Shown piece after piece: positions 41,610-53,783 of a DNA stretch of 64,000 nt. The stretch's first letter is position 1, and every line of letters begins with the position of its first letter. The notes below the pieces were generated by a model. The model ran no database searches and was not told the origin of the DNA. It saw only the letters and a program-made list of their open reading frames with translations. A program made the translations under genes and the position numbers. Source of the DNA: an uncultured delta proteobacterium (GTDB lineage: Bacteria; Myxococcota; Myxococcia; Myxococcales; Anaeromyxobacteraceae); the NCBI GenBank assembly GCA_963814585.1, contig CAWFDF010000008.1, forward strand, positions 32,001 through 96,000, given 5' to 3'.

Positions 41610-43370
41610 TCACGCCCCGCCTGAGACCGGGTCGTGACCGCCCTGGCTCGTCGCCTCGGAGGCTGGCGCCGGCGCACCGGCGCCTCCGTCACTCCTGCCG
41701 GCATCGCCACCAGCGGGCGCCTCGCCGCCGGCCGAGGCCGGGCCGGCGCTTCCCTGGGACTCCCCGGGCGCCACGTCGCGACGCTCGCCGCGTCCTCGCC
41801 CGCCGCGACGCCTGCGACGGCGCCGCTTCCGGCGCCCTTCGCCGGCCGGCCGGCCATCCGCGGCAGGGCCCGAACCGGCGGCCCCGGCCACGCCGGGCTC
41901 GCCGTCAACCTCGTCCTCCTCGTCCGCGTCTCCGTCCTCGTCGTCCGACTCGTCGCCGCCGGCCTCGAGGTCGGCGACGCCAGCCGGATTGGCCGGCGAG
42001 GCGATGGCCGGAGGCGAGGCCGGGGCCTCCTCGGCCGCGGCCCGCGGTGACGCCTCGGCGCCCTCGCCGCCGCTGGCGCGCGGCCCGGTCGCGCCGCGGG
42101 CGCCGTCGTCGCCACGTGGCTCGTGCCGCTCGCGCCGCTCCTCCCGGTCTCCCTCGCGCCGCTCCCGCTCGTCCCGGCGGCCGCGGCGGGCGGTCTCCTC
42201 CCGCGCCGCGGCCTCGACCGCCGCCGCGAACCAGGCCTCGTCGACCACCGGCACCACCACCTGGGTGCAGCCGAGCGAGGCCTCCACGAACGCCTCGGCC
42301 AGCCCCTCGCCGCACAGCAGCAGCACGGGCGGCTGTCCCGAGGCCGTGGCCTCGGCGCGTGCCTCGCGCTGCGCCTCGCCGGCCGTGACGACGGCGCCGA
42401 TCTGGGCGCCGCAGTTGCCGAGGTCGCGCCGGACCTCCTGTACGTCTCGCCGGGCGGCGTCGCCACCACCGCGCAGGACGCGGAAGCCGTGCCGGACCTC
42501 GAGCAGCCCCATCCGCTTCCGCGCGGTGACGAGCACGTGGTCCTTGCCGCGGCGGGCCACCTTGATCTCGCGGTAGCCGCTCCGCTCGAGCAGCCTGAAG
42601 ACCAGGTGCTCGATGGTGGGCGGGGCGCACTCCCGCAGCCGGCGGCGCATGGCGGCCAGGCCGGCGCGGCGCAGCTCGCCCGGGGAGGCCAGGCGGGCGC
42701 CCGGGGCCACGCCGGAGAGGCGCTCGCCCGGCTCGGGCTTCGACGCCAGCGCTATCGACTCGCCGTCAATCTGGAAGAGCGGGCTGCGTCCGGCCGCCTC
42801 GCGCCGGCGGTTGTCCTCGGCCAGGGCGCTGGCCAGCGCGGCGTGGTCGCGACCGAAGGCGTCCGGCATGAGCTGGCGCTCGGCGCCGCTCGAGGCGATC
42901 TCGCCCAGCGACATGGCGCCGCCGGAGCTGGCCAGGATCTCGTAGGCCACCTCGGCCGGGGGCGGGAACCGCCGACCGGGCCGCTCCTCCCCTTCCTCAC
43001 GCCTCCTGGCCTTGTCGCCGCCGCGCCCGGCGGCGCGGGCCATGTCCCGCGCCGGGATGGGGTGACGCTCGCGGGGGCGGTACGGCAGCTCGTCGAGCGG
43101 GGGCGGCTCCACCAGGTTCTCGAGCCCGGCGGCGTCCTCGTCGAGCTGCCACTCGACCAGGGCGAAGGTCCCCGGCAGCACCGGCATGAGCTGGCGCTCC
43201 GGACGCGGCAGGCGGCAGTGCGCCACCAGCTGGTCGGCCATCACCTCGTCCGGGATCTTGCCGACGTGATCGAGCAGGGTCTCCCGGACCGCGATCTCGG
43301 TGATCTTCCGGAAGTGAAGAGGCTTCCCCTCGCGCCGCAGCACCTCGACGGCGGCTTCGGTGAAAGTCAT
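41610..43370 (-). CDS. Tandem HARE-HTH (HB1/ASXL/restriction-endonuclease HTH) protein with a degenerate Mrr-like domain and an acidic/Arg-rich tail
   Basis: MTFTEAAVEVLRREGKPLHFRKITEIA (HARE-HTH); second HTH AEVAYEILASSGGAMSLGEIA; Mrr-like IEHLVFRLLERSGY...VQEVR...GAVVT...LLLCGEGLA...VDEAWF. Confidence 0.75.
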   Translation of the reverse strand: MTFTEAAVEVLRREGKPLHFRKITEIAVRETLLDHVGKIPDEVMADQLVAHCRLPRPERQLMPVLPGTFALVEWQLDEDAAGLENLVEPPPLDELPYRPRERHPIPARDMARAAGRGGDKARRREEGEERPGRRFPPPAEVAYEILASSGGAMSLGEIASSGAERQLMPDAFGRDHAALASALAEDNRRREAAGRSPLFQIDGESIALASKPEPGERLSGVAPGARLASPGELRRAGLAAMRRRLRECAPPTIEHLVFRLLERSGYREIKVARRGKDHVLVTARKRMGLLEVRHGFRVLRGGGDAARRDVQEVRRDLGNCGAQIGAVVTAGEAQREARAEATASGQPPVLLLCGEGLAEAFVEASLGCTQVVVPVVDEAWFAAAVEAAAREETARRGRRDERERREGDREERRERHEPRGDDGARGATGPRASGGEGAEASPRAAAEEAPASPPAIASPANPAGVADLEAGGDESDDEDGDADEEDEVDGEPGVAGAAGSGPAADGRPAGEGRRKRRRRRRRGGRGRGERRDVAPGESQGSAGPASAGGEAPAGGDAGRSDGGAGAPAPASEATSQGGHDPVSGGA

Positions 43371-43431
43371 GGAATTCCTTGAGGAAAGAGGATCGGGGGC
43401 CAGCGACGCAGCGGCCCGCCAGGAAGCGCGC

Positions 43432-43460
43432 ATTGTGGTCGCGCTTGGACGCCCTGTCAA
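43432..43460 (-). promoter_or_regulatory. Near-consensus sigma70 promoter of the HARE-HTH gene
   Basis: TTGACA-N17-CACAAT; AAGGA RBS before the ATG. Confidence 0.7.
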
Positions 43461-43526
43461 CGGTGAACGTGCCTGGATCATCGGGCGGTTCCCGCCGCCC
43501 GGGGATCCCGCTCCATTCACCGATCG

Positions 43527-44261
43527 TCACACACCGAGGAAGAGGCGCTTTCCGAAGTTGAGCGCCAGATCGGCGTCGAAGATCTTCTGTGCCGAGGTCT
43601 CGATGTCGTAGGCGACGCGGTGGAACCGCACCTCCTGCGTGGCGTCGTCGTAGGTGACCAGGCAGGCCCGGTTGTCGCCGTCGCGCGGCTGCCCCACCGA
43701 TCCGACCGAGACCACGTACTTGTACCCCTTGCGCAGCCGGAAGCGGCTCGACACCACCTCGCTGACCTCGCCGCCCGGGGCCAGGGCGAAGGTCTTGCAG
43801 AGGTGGCTGTGGCCGATGAAGGTGACGTCGGCCAGGGAACGGGCGTGCGGGACCAGGTCGCGGGCCTGCTCCAGGGCGAAGACGTAGTCGTAGGCCTGGG
43901 GCTCCACCGGCGATCCGTGGCTGTAGCAGATGGCCCCTTCCCGGGTCGAGTAGGGCAGGCCGCGGAGCCACTCGAGGTGCTCCGGCTCGATCCGGCTCGC
44001 CGTCCAGTCGAGCGCATGGCGTGCCGCGTCGTAGTAGAAGCTGTAGTCCATCCGGCCCGCCACCGCGGCGTCGTGGTTGCCGAGCAGGGTGACCGCGGAG
44101 CGGGACCGGATCAGCGCGCAACACTCGTTGACGCTGGCGCCGTAGCCGACCACGTCACCGAGGCACACGACGCGGTCCGGCCGCTCGCGGTCGACGACCG
44201 CCAGCGCCGCGTTGAGCGCTTCCAGGTTGGAGTGGATGTCGCTCAGGATGGCGACGCGCAT
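43527..44261 (-). CDS. Metallophosphoesterase (calcineurin-like, YfcE/MJ0912 type)
   Basis: SDIHSN, LGDVVGYG, GNHD, HGSP, GHSH and GSVGQPRDG motifs; upstream TTGACG-N18-TACCAT at 44282-44311. Confidence 0.9.
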   Translation of the reverse strand: MRVAILSDIHSNLEALNAALAVVDRERPDRVVCLGDVVGYGASVNECCALIRSRSAVTLLGNHDAAVAGRMDYSFYYDAARHALDWTASRIEPEHLEWLRGLPYSTREGAICYSHGSPVEPQAYDYVFALEQARDLVPHARSLADVTFIGHSHLCKTFALAPGGEVSEVVSSRFRLRKGYKYVVSVGSVGQPRDGDNRACLVTYDDATQEVRFHRVAYDIETSAQKIFDADLALNFGKRLFLGV

Positions 44262-44307
44262 TCGGCCTCGTGTGTCGTGGGATGGTATCCGCCGCCGAGA
44301 AGAAGCG

Positions 44308-45242
44308 TCAACGCCCCGGCGCGAAGAGCTCGGGCTCGAGATCGTCGAAGTGGGCCAGCTGGCGCGCCTCGGCGTAGCGCGCCTTGATCTCGGTGGCGGT
44401 GAGGGTGCGCAGCCGGTCGAGGCTGAACTGCTCCACCGCGAAGCTGGCCACCACGCTCCCCACCACGATGGCCCTCCGCAGCACGGCCGGATCGACCTTC
44501 CCGGAGCGCGCCACGTACCCCATGAAGCCCCCGGCGAAGCTGTCGCCGGCGCCGGTGGGATCGAAGACGTCGGGGAGCGGATAGGCCGAAGCCGCGAAGA
44601 CCTCGTCACCGGAGAAGAAGAGCGAGCCGTACTCGCCCCGCTTGACCACCACCGCCTTGGGGCCGAAGCCGAGGATCCGCCGGCCGCCCGGATCACGTTG
44701 TGCTCGCCGGCCAGCTGGCGGGCCTCGGCGTCGTTGACGAAGAGCAGGTCGACCCGCTTCAGGGTGCGGAGCAAGCTCTCCCGCTTGGAGTCGATCCAGA
44801 AGTTCATGGTGTCGCACGCCACGAACCGGGGTGCCCGCACCTGGTCGAGCACCGAGTGCTGCAGGTCCGGGTCGATGTTGCCGAGGAAGACGAAGTCGGT
44901 GTCGCGCCAGGTGGGCGGGAGCACCGGCTTGAAGGTGGCCAGCACGTTGAGCTGGGTGTCGAGGGTGTGCGCGGTGTTGAGGTCGAACTCGTAGCGCCCC
45001 TTCCAGCGGAAGGTCTTGCCGGGCTGCCGCGCCAGCCCGGCCAGGTCGGCCCCGCGGGAGGCGAGGAACCGCACGTGCTCCTCGGGGAAGTCCTCTCCGA
45101 CCACCGCCACCACCCGGGTCGGCCCGAAGAAGCTCGCGCAGGTCGAGAAGTAGGCAGCCGATCCCCCCAGGATCTCCTCCCGGTGGCCGAAGGGCGTCTC
45201 CAGCGAGTCGAGCGCGACGGACCCGACGACCAGCAGCGGCAT
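44308..45242 (-). CDS. PfkB-family carbohydrate/nucleoside kinase, apparent 1-nt deletion at ~44683
   Basis: N-terminal GSVALD..GGSAAY..VGEDF and C-terminal VVKRGEYG..DPTGAGDSFAGG lie in different frames; adding one C restores NVIRAARRILGFGPK. Confidence 0.88.
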
Positions 45243-45285
45243 GTGCTCCTCTCGGGCGCCGCGGTCGCGGGCGCCAGGATGGGAC

Positions 45286-46434
45286 TCAGTAGCCCAGGGT
45301 CCCGGGATCGGTCAACGACTCGATTCCCTCGCCGGGGGCGGCGCCTCGGCGGGGATCTCCCGGAGTCCCGGCGGCCGCCAGCTGCCCGCAGGCGGCGGCG
45401 ATGTCACTGCCGCGGTTCCTGCGAATGACCGCGGTGATGTTGCGGGCGATGAGGACGCGGTGGAAGGCCTCCACGCGCTCGGTCCCCGGCGCGCGGAAGC
45501 CCAGCCCCGGGTTGTCGTTGTACGGGATCAGGTTCACCTTGGCCGGGATCCCCGCCACCAGCCTCGCCAGCCGGACCGCGTCGGCGTCGGCGTCGTTCAC
45601 GCCCCCCAGCAGGACGTACTCGAAGGTGATGCGGCGTCCCGCCTTCAAGGGGAAGGCGCGGCAGGCCGCCAGCAGCTCGCCGATGGGCCAGCGCCGGTTG
45701 ATGGGCATGATGGCGTCGCGCTGGGCGTCGGTGGTGGCGTTGAGCGACACCGCCAGCTTCACCCGGGTCTCCTCCCCGAGCCGGCGCATCGCCGGCACCA
45801 GCCCGCTGGTCGAGACGGTGACGTGGCGATGGGAGAAGTTCGGGCCGTCCTCGTCGAGCAGCAGCTCCAGGGCGGCCTTGAGCCGATCGAAGTTGTGGAG
45901 CGGCTCGCCCATGCCCATGAAGACCAGGTTGGTGAGGGGGCGCGGCGCCGGCCCCTCCCCGAGCTCGACCAGCCGGCGGTTGGCCCGGTGGACCTGGTCG
46001 ACGATCTCCCCCGCGGTCAGGTGACGGACCAGCCCCATGGTGCCGGTCATGCAGAACGTGCAGCCCAGGGCGCAGCCCACCTGGGAGGAGACGCAGAGCG
46101 TCCGGCGGTCGGTCTCGGGCATGTAGACCGACTCGACCAGCCTCCCGTCCTCGGTCCGCCAGGTCCACTTGATGGTTCCGTCCGCCGATCGCAGCTCGCT
46201 GGCGCGCTCCAGGGAGGCCAGCCTGGTCCGCGCCGCCAGCGCCAGGCGCAGCGGCCTGGGCAGGTCGGTCATCTCGTCGAACGTGGCGGCGCCGTTCCGG
46301 TGAAGCCACCGGAAGAGCTGCCTGGCCCGGAACGGCTTCTCCCCCAGCTCCGCCACCAGCGCCGCCAGCTCGACCCGGGAGCTCGAGCGCAGGTCGGGGC
46401 GCGCGGCGCCCTGGCTCGCATGACTCCCACCCAT
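45286..46434 (-). CDS. rlmN: Dual-specificity RNA methyltransferase RlmN (radical SAM)
   Basis: CVSSQVGCALGCTFC, FMGMGEP, VSTSG, TFEYVLL and DIAAACGQL motifs. Start uncertain. Confidence 0.93.
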   Translation of the reverse strand: MGGSHASQGAARPDLRSSSRVELAALVAELGEKPFRARQLFRWLHRNGAATFDEMTDLPRPLRLALAARTRLASLERASELRSADGTIKWTWRTEDGRLVESVYMPETDRRTLCVSSQVGCALGCTFCMTGTMGLVRHLTAGEIVDQVHRANRRLVELGEGPAPRPLTNLVFMGMGEPLHNFDRLKAALELLLDEDGPNFSHRHVTVSTSGLVPAMRRLGEETRVKLAVSLNATTDAQRDAIMPINRRWPIGELLAACRAFPLKAGRRITFEYVLLGGVNDADADAVRLARLVAGIPAKVNLIPYNDNPGLGFRAPGTERVEAFHRVLIARNITAVIRRNRGSDIAAACGQLAAAGTPGDPRRGAAPGEGIESLTDPGTLGY

Positions 46435-46442
46435 CGGGACGC

Positions 46443-47813
46443 TCACGAGACCGCCGCCTGGCGTCCCGGGCGCGGCTCCGGCGCCGGCGAGGCCCCGGCG
46501 TCGCGCCGGGCGATCTCCACGCGCGTCACCCGCCGCTCGTCCCCGCCGCGGACCGTGAAGGCCAGCCCCTCCCAGGTGAAGACCGATCCGACCGGCGGGA
46601 CCCGCCCGACGGAGGCGGTGACGAATCCGCCCAGGGTCTCGTAGTCCCCTTCCTCCGGGAAGTGCACCTCGGGCGGCGCGGCCCCGGCCGCCGCGGCCTG
46701 GCCGTTCAGGTACTCCTCCAGGTCGTGGAGCGGGATGGTGGCCTCGGCCAGCCAGACCCCCTCCCCCACCGCCTTGACCGGCGCCGCCTCGGTGTCGCCC
46801 TCGTCCTGGATCTCGCCGACGATCTCCTCCAGCACGTCCTCCAGCGTGACGATGCCGCTGGTGCCGCCGAACTCGTCCACCACGATGGCGAGGTGGACGT
46901 GGCGCCGCTGCATCTCCTTGAGCAGGCGGGAGATCTTCATCTGCTCGGGCACGAAGAAGGCGGGCTTCAGGTGCCCGTCGAGCCCGACCGCCTGGATCGG
47001 CCCCCGCCGCAGCTCCAGGACGATCTCGCGGACCATGAGGATGCCGACGATGTTGTCGATCGTCCCCTGGAACACCGGCATGCGGCTGTAGGGGTTCTCG
47101 GTGACGATGCGGGTCAGCTCCTCGGGCGGCGCGTCGCGGTCGATGGCCACCACGCGGGTCCGGGGGACCATGATCTCCTTCACCACCCGGTCGGCGAACT
47201 CCAGGACGCTGTTGAGCAGCTCCTCCTTCACCTCGTCCAGGACGCCCTCCCGGGTCCCCATCTCGATGAGGTACTCGATCTCCTCGCTGGTGACCGGGGG
47301 CGTGGCGGACGAGGCCCCCCGTCCGAAGAGGCGCATGAACCCGGAGGCGGCGCGCGAGGTGGCGGCGGTGAGCGGCCACATCAGCCAGGTGAGCAGCCGC
47401 ACCAGCGGGATGGTGGCGAGCACCAGGTGCACGGGGCGACGCTTGGCCAGCGTCTTGGGGACGATCTCGCCGAAGAAGAGGACCACCAGGGTGGTCAGGC
47501 CGGTGGCGGCGGCGACCGTGGTCCCCTCGCTCCAGCCCGGGTGCCCGGAGACCAGGTCGGAGGCGACCGCGGCCGAGAGGGCGCCGATACCGATGTTGGC
47601 GAGGGTGTTTCCGATGAGGAGCGTCGAGAGGACCCGCTCCGGCTGCTCGATCCAGATGGAGAGGAAGCGGGCCCTGGGACCGCCGCCCTCCCGGAGCTGC
47701 CGGGACCGGGCCTCGCCCAGGGCGGTCAGGCCGGTCTCCGACGACGAGAAGAAGGCCGAGGCCACCAGGAAGGCCAGCCCCAACACCCACTTCCAGGTCT
47801 CGACGGCACTCAC
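46443..47813 (-). CDS. Hemolysin/CNNM family protein (DUF21-CBS-CBS-CorC)
   Basis: SAFFSSSETGL, FGEIVPKTLA, IMVPR, YSRMPV, VVDEFGGTSGIVTLEDVLEEIVGEI and YETLGG motifs. Confidence 0.9.
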   Translation of the reverse strand: MSAVETWKWVLGLAFLVASAFFSSSETGLTALGEARSRQLREGGGPRARFLSIWIEQPERVLSTLLIGNTLANIGIGALSAAVASDLVSGHPGWSEGTTVAAATGLTTLVVLFFGEIVPKTLAKRRPVHLVLATIPLVRLLTWLMWPLTAATSRAASGFMRLFGRGASSATPPVTSEEIEYLIEMGTREGVLDEVKEELLNSVLEFADRVVKEIMVPRTRVVAIDRDAPPEELTRIVTENPYSRMPVFQGTIDNIVGILMVREIVLELRRGPIQAVGLDGHLKPAFFVPEQMKISRLLKEMQRRHVHLAIVVDEFGGTSGIVTLEDVLEEIVGEIQDEGDTEAAPVKAVGEGVWLAEATIPLHDLEEYLNGQAAAAGAAPPEVHFPEEGDYETLGGFVTASVGRVPPVGSVFTWEGLAFTVRGGDERRVTRVEIARRDAGASPAPEPRPGRQAAVS

Positions 47814-47944
47814 GGCCCTGCGCCTCCAGAAACGACGATGCCCGCCCCGGGACCGGGACGGGCAAGGCCACTCTACACCGACCGCGTCCCCGACGGGTCA
47901 CCCGTTCGGGTCCTGGAATGGAAACCAGGAGTGACGCCGGCTGG

Positions 47945-48388
47945 TTACTTCAGTTTCTTCCACTCGTAGGCGTGGACCTGGACCTCCGGGAAGAAGTAGG
48001 ACACCTCGATCCTGGCGTTCTCGGCGCTGTCCGACCCGTGGACCGTGTTCTTCTCGATGTCGGTGGCGAAGTCCTTGCGGATGGTGCCGTCGGCCGCCTT
48101 CTTCGGGTCGGTGGCGCCCATGATCTCGCGGTTCTTGACGACCGCGTCCTCGCCCTCGAGCACCATCAGCACCACCGGTCCGCTGGTCATGAAGGTGACG
48201 AGATCGTTGAAGAAAGGGCGAGCCCTGTGGACGGCGTAGAAGCCCTCGGCTTCGCGCCTGGACAGGTGGGCGAACCGGATGGCGATGGGCTTGAGACCGT
48301 TGGACTCGAAGCGGGAGATGATCTTTCCGATGATCCCCTTCTCGACGCCGTCCGGCTTGATGATGGACAGGGTGCGTTCAGTGGCCAT
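47945..48388 (-). CDS. ndk: Nucleoside diphosphate kinase
   Basis: [22 protein letters not shown] and NTVHGSDS motifs. Confidence 0.97.
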   Translation of the reverse strand: MATERTLSIIKPDGVEKGIIGKIISRFESNGLKPIAIRFAHLSRREAEGFYAVHRARPFFNDLVTFMTSGPVVLMVLEGEDAVVKNREIMGATDPKKAADGTIRKDFATDIEKNTVHGSDSAENARIEVSYFFPEVQVHAYEWKKLK

Positions 48389-48412
48389 GTGCTGCTCCTC
48401 CTCAGGTGCGAT

Positions 48413-48448
48413 GGGCCGGCGGTGGGGGTTCCCCGCTCCGCCGGCCCG
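48413..48448. terminator. GC-rich hairpin between sucD and ndk
   Basis: GGGCCGGCGG...CCGCCGGCCC 10-bp inverted repeat. Confidence 0.45.
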
Positions 48449-48464
48449 TGATGGGATGGTACGG

Positions 48465-49497
48465 CTACGCCTTCTTCCGGGCGGCCCGGGACGAACTGGC
48501 CGCCTTGGCCGGTGCCTTGGCCGGTGCCTTGGCCGCCGCCTTGACCGGCGCCTTGACCGGCGCCGGCCTGGCGCCAGGCTTCGGGCCAGGGCTGGCCACC
48601 GCCGCCGCGGGCGCCTTGCCCCCCTTGCCGAGCCGCTCCTTCATCACCTTGCCGAGCACGTGAGGTCCCTCACAGACGGTGATGCCGGCCTCGCGCATGG
48701 CGGCGATCTTGGCCTCGGCCGTGCCCGAGCCGCCGGAGATGACGGCGCCGGCATGGCCCATGCGCTTCCCCGGGGGGCGGTGCGGCCGGCGATGAAGCCG
48801 ACGACCGGCTTCGTCATGTGGTCGCGCACGAAGGCGGCGCCCTGCTCCTCCTCGGTGCCGCCGATCTCGCCGATCATGATGACCGCATCGGTCTCCGGGT
48901 CCCTCTCGAACTCCCGGAGCACGTCGATGAAGTCCGTCCCGTGGACCGGGTCGCCGCCGATCCCGACCGCGGTCGACTGCCCCAGCCCCAGGTCGGAGAG
49001 CTGCTTGACCGCCTCGTAGGTGAGCGTTCCCGACCTCGAGACCACGCCGATGCGCCCGGGCCTGTGGATGTGGCCCGGCATGATGCCGATCTTGCACTGA
49101 TCGGGGTGATCAGCCCCGGGCAGTTGGGCCCGACGAGCCGGACCTCGGGATGGCCGGCCAGGTACTTCCTCACCTTCACCATGTCGAGGATGGGGATCCC
49201 CTCGGTGATGCAGACCACCAGCGGGATGCCGGCCTCGGCGGCCTCGATGATGGAGTCGGCGGCGAATGGCGGCGGGACGAAGATGGCCGATGCGTTGGCG
49301 CCCGTCCCCTTCACCGCGTCCTGGACGGTCTGGAAGATGGGCACCGTTCCGTGGAACTTGCTGCCGCCGCGGCCCGGGGTGACGCCAGCCACCAGCTTCG
49401 TGCCATAGGCCAGCATCTGCTCCGAGTGGAAGCTGCCGGCGGAGCCGGTGATGCCCTGGACGAGGAGGCGGGTGTTCCTGTCGACGAGGATGCTCAT
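48465..49497 (-). CDS. sucD: Succinyl-CoA synthetase alpha subunit with a Lys/Ala/Pro-rich C-terminal extension; two apparent 1-nt deletions (~49104, ~48774)
   Basis: [37 protein letters not shown] and GKRMGHAGA lie across three frames; both breaks fall in C homopolymers. Confidence 0.9.
48502..48564 (-). repeat. Degenerate 12-bp tandem repeat (about 5 units) encoding [12 protein letters not shown]
   Basis: Plus strand reads gccttggccggt gccttggccggt gccttggccgcc gccttgaccggc gccttgaccggc. Confidence 0.8.
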
Positions 49498-49528
49498 GGT
49501 CGTTCTCCGATCGATCGGGGCGCGGTGA

Positions 49529-50695
<1,167 letters not shown>

Positions 50696-50944
50696 GGTGG
50701 TTGCTCGCTCGGCGCCTGGCTCATCTCCCAGTCCTGATGGGCCGAAGCCCACCGCCCTGAGCCGCCCGTCGCCGGTGGATCACCCACCGGGTGACCGTCG
50801 AGGAGCCGTCCTGGGTTGATGGCACGTGCGCCCGTGGAGTTGCCATTCTCCCTCGCCGGCTTCGGGGCGGCCGGCGAAGGTCCTGCGGGTTGGCGTTGTA
50901 TACCTCCGTGGCGGGCGCTTGGCGACAGTCCTGACCGCGACGCC

Positions 50945-52258
<1,314 letters not shown>

Positions 52259-52419
52259 CGTTCGGACCTCGGGTGTTCAGGAAGAATCCGGAGCGAACCT
52301 GTTACCACCCACGCCCGGGGGAGTAAAGGTGAACTCCAATGGAGGTATCCGAAATTCATAGGGATTTTACGGACCCGTGCGGTCGACATTCCAGTCGACG
52401 GGGCCTCGCCCGGCCGCGC

Positions 52420-53094
52420 TCAGCCGGCCGGACGCCGCACCGCGTCAGCATAGGAACTCAAGTGAAGACCCGCGCTTTCCACCAGGGCGCGCACCCGGGG
52501 GCTCACCAGGGCCTCCAGCTCGACCTCCCGCTCCACCCCGAAGCTGGTCTGGACGTGGCTGGGGCGGTACCCGGGGTGCACCATCAGCTCGGTCGTTCCA
52601 TCCTCGATCCGCTGCAGCGCCTCCAGCAACCGCGCCTCCGTCCAGGCCGGGCGCGCGGAGGCATCCCCGACGAAGGCGTCGCTGGTCATGACGCCGGCCC
52701 GCCTCAGCGCCGCGCGCATGGCGGCGTCGATGGCCCGCACCGGGAAGCGGCCGGCCGTCGCCACCCGCACCATGGCGGTGAACGGGCCGGGCGCCGCGTG
52801 GGCGTGGCGGTGGCTGTCGAGGTGGCTGGGCGGCCGGCCGCGGAGCTCGGTGAAGCGGGCCACCTGACGCTCCAGCAGGGCCTCGGCCTGGTCCGCGTCG
52901 AGGCCCGGGGGCAGGACCGCGTGCAGCCCGACCGCGAGCGACGCCGGGGCGGCCCGCAGCGCGGCCTCGGCGAACGGCGTCTCCACCATGGCCGTGGCCG
53001 AGCGGACGATCCCGCGGGCGTGGGCCTGGAGGATGCCGCGATCGATCTCGGGGTCGTAGCCCAGGTCGTCGGCGTTGACGATCAGCCTGCGCAT
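52420..53094 (-). CDS. ChbG/HpnK (YdjC) family carbohydrate deacetylase
   Basis: RLIVNADDLG, GLH, SHLDSHRHAH and ELMVHPG motifs. Confidence 0.88.
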   Translation of the reverse strand: MRRLIVNADDLGYDPEIDRGILQAHARGIVRSATAMVETPFAEAALRAAPASLAVGLHAVLPPGLDADQAEALLERQVARFTELRGRPPSHLDSHRHAHAAPGPFTAMVRVATAGRFPVRAIDAAMRAALRRAGVMTSDAFVGDASARPAWTEARLLEALQRIEDGTTELMVHPGYRPSHVQTSFGVEREVELEALVSPRVRALVESAGLHLSSYADAVRRPAG

Positions 53095-53099
53095 GCCGC

Positions 53100-53783
53100 T
53101 CAGCGGCGGGCCGGCGGGCGCGGCGTCATGGCGCGCGGCTCGACGGCGAAGTCGTAGATCGACTCGAGCCGGACGTTCCGGTACCGCTCCACCTTGAAGG
53201 CCATGCGCGAGAGCGTGGCCAGGAAGGGCCCCGGGTCCAGCCCTCCGGCCTTGCCGGCCGCCTTCCGGAGCCGCCTCACCTCGGCCAGGATCAGCGTCCG
53301 CGCCTCCCGCGGGTGGTAGAGGAACGCGCCGGAGAACACCAGCCTCCCCTCGTAGGGGAGCAGCCGCGCCTCCAGCAGGTCTCCCCGCTCCAGGCCGGCG
53401 ACCTGGCGCCGCTCCGCCACGTCGAGCACCTCGCCGGCGAAGACGTCGGCCACCCGGACCACGCCCGGCTGCAGCCGCCTGACCTCGAAGAGGCCGCGCC
53501 GCTGGGCCACCAGCCCCGCCACCGTGGCGTGGTCCTCGGCGGCCAGCGCGCCGCCCTCCTCGGCGATGAACCGCTCCAGCGTGCTGGGCGCCATGGGGGC
53601 GGGCCGCCACTCGTAGAGGTAGAAGTCGAGCATGCCGTTCATCCGGCGCTCGTACGACTGGTCCTCCTCGTGCGGCTCCCCGTAGCGCCCGAAGTGGTCG
53701 GCACGGGCCGCCAGCAGGTCGGCCTGGCGCGGAGCCGCCGTCGCCCACGCCAGGAACCGCTCGTGCAGCTCGGGCAGCGTCAT
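53100..53783 (-). CDS. Hypothetical protein (227 aa)
   Basis: Start overlaps the carA stop; GC3-rich; contains RGLFEV...DVFAGE..V.ER...[22 protein letters not shown]. Function unknown. Confidence 0.7.
   Translation of the reverse strand: MTLPELHERFLAWATAAPRQADLLAARADHFGRYGEPHEEDQSYERRMNGMLDFYLYEWRPAPMAPSTLERFIAEEGGALAAEDHATVAGLVAQRRGLFEVRRLQPGVVRVADVFAGEVLDVAERRQVAGLERGDLLEARLLPYEGRLVFSGAFLYHPREARTLILAEVRRLRKAAGKAGGLDPGPFLATLSRMAFKVERYRNVRLESIYDFAVEPRAMTPRPPARR

Noticed and set aside
43527..45242. Apparent PfkB-metallophosphoesterase fusion ORF (571 aa)
   Set aside because: Artefact of a 1-nt deletion at ~44683. The PfkB C-terminus with its own stop lies in another frame, and the phosphoesterase has its own promoter-like sequence and ATG.
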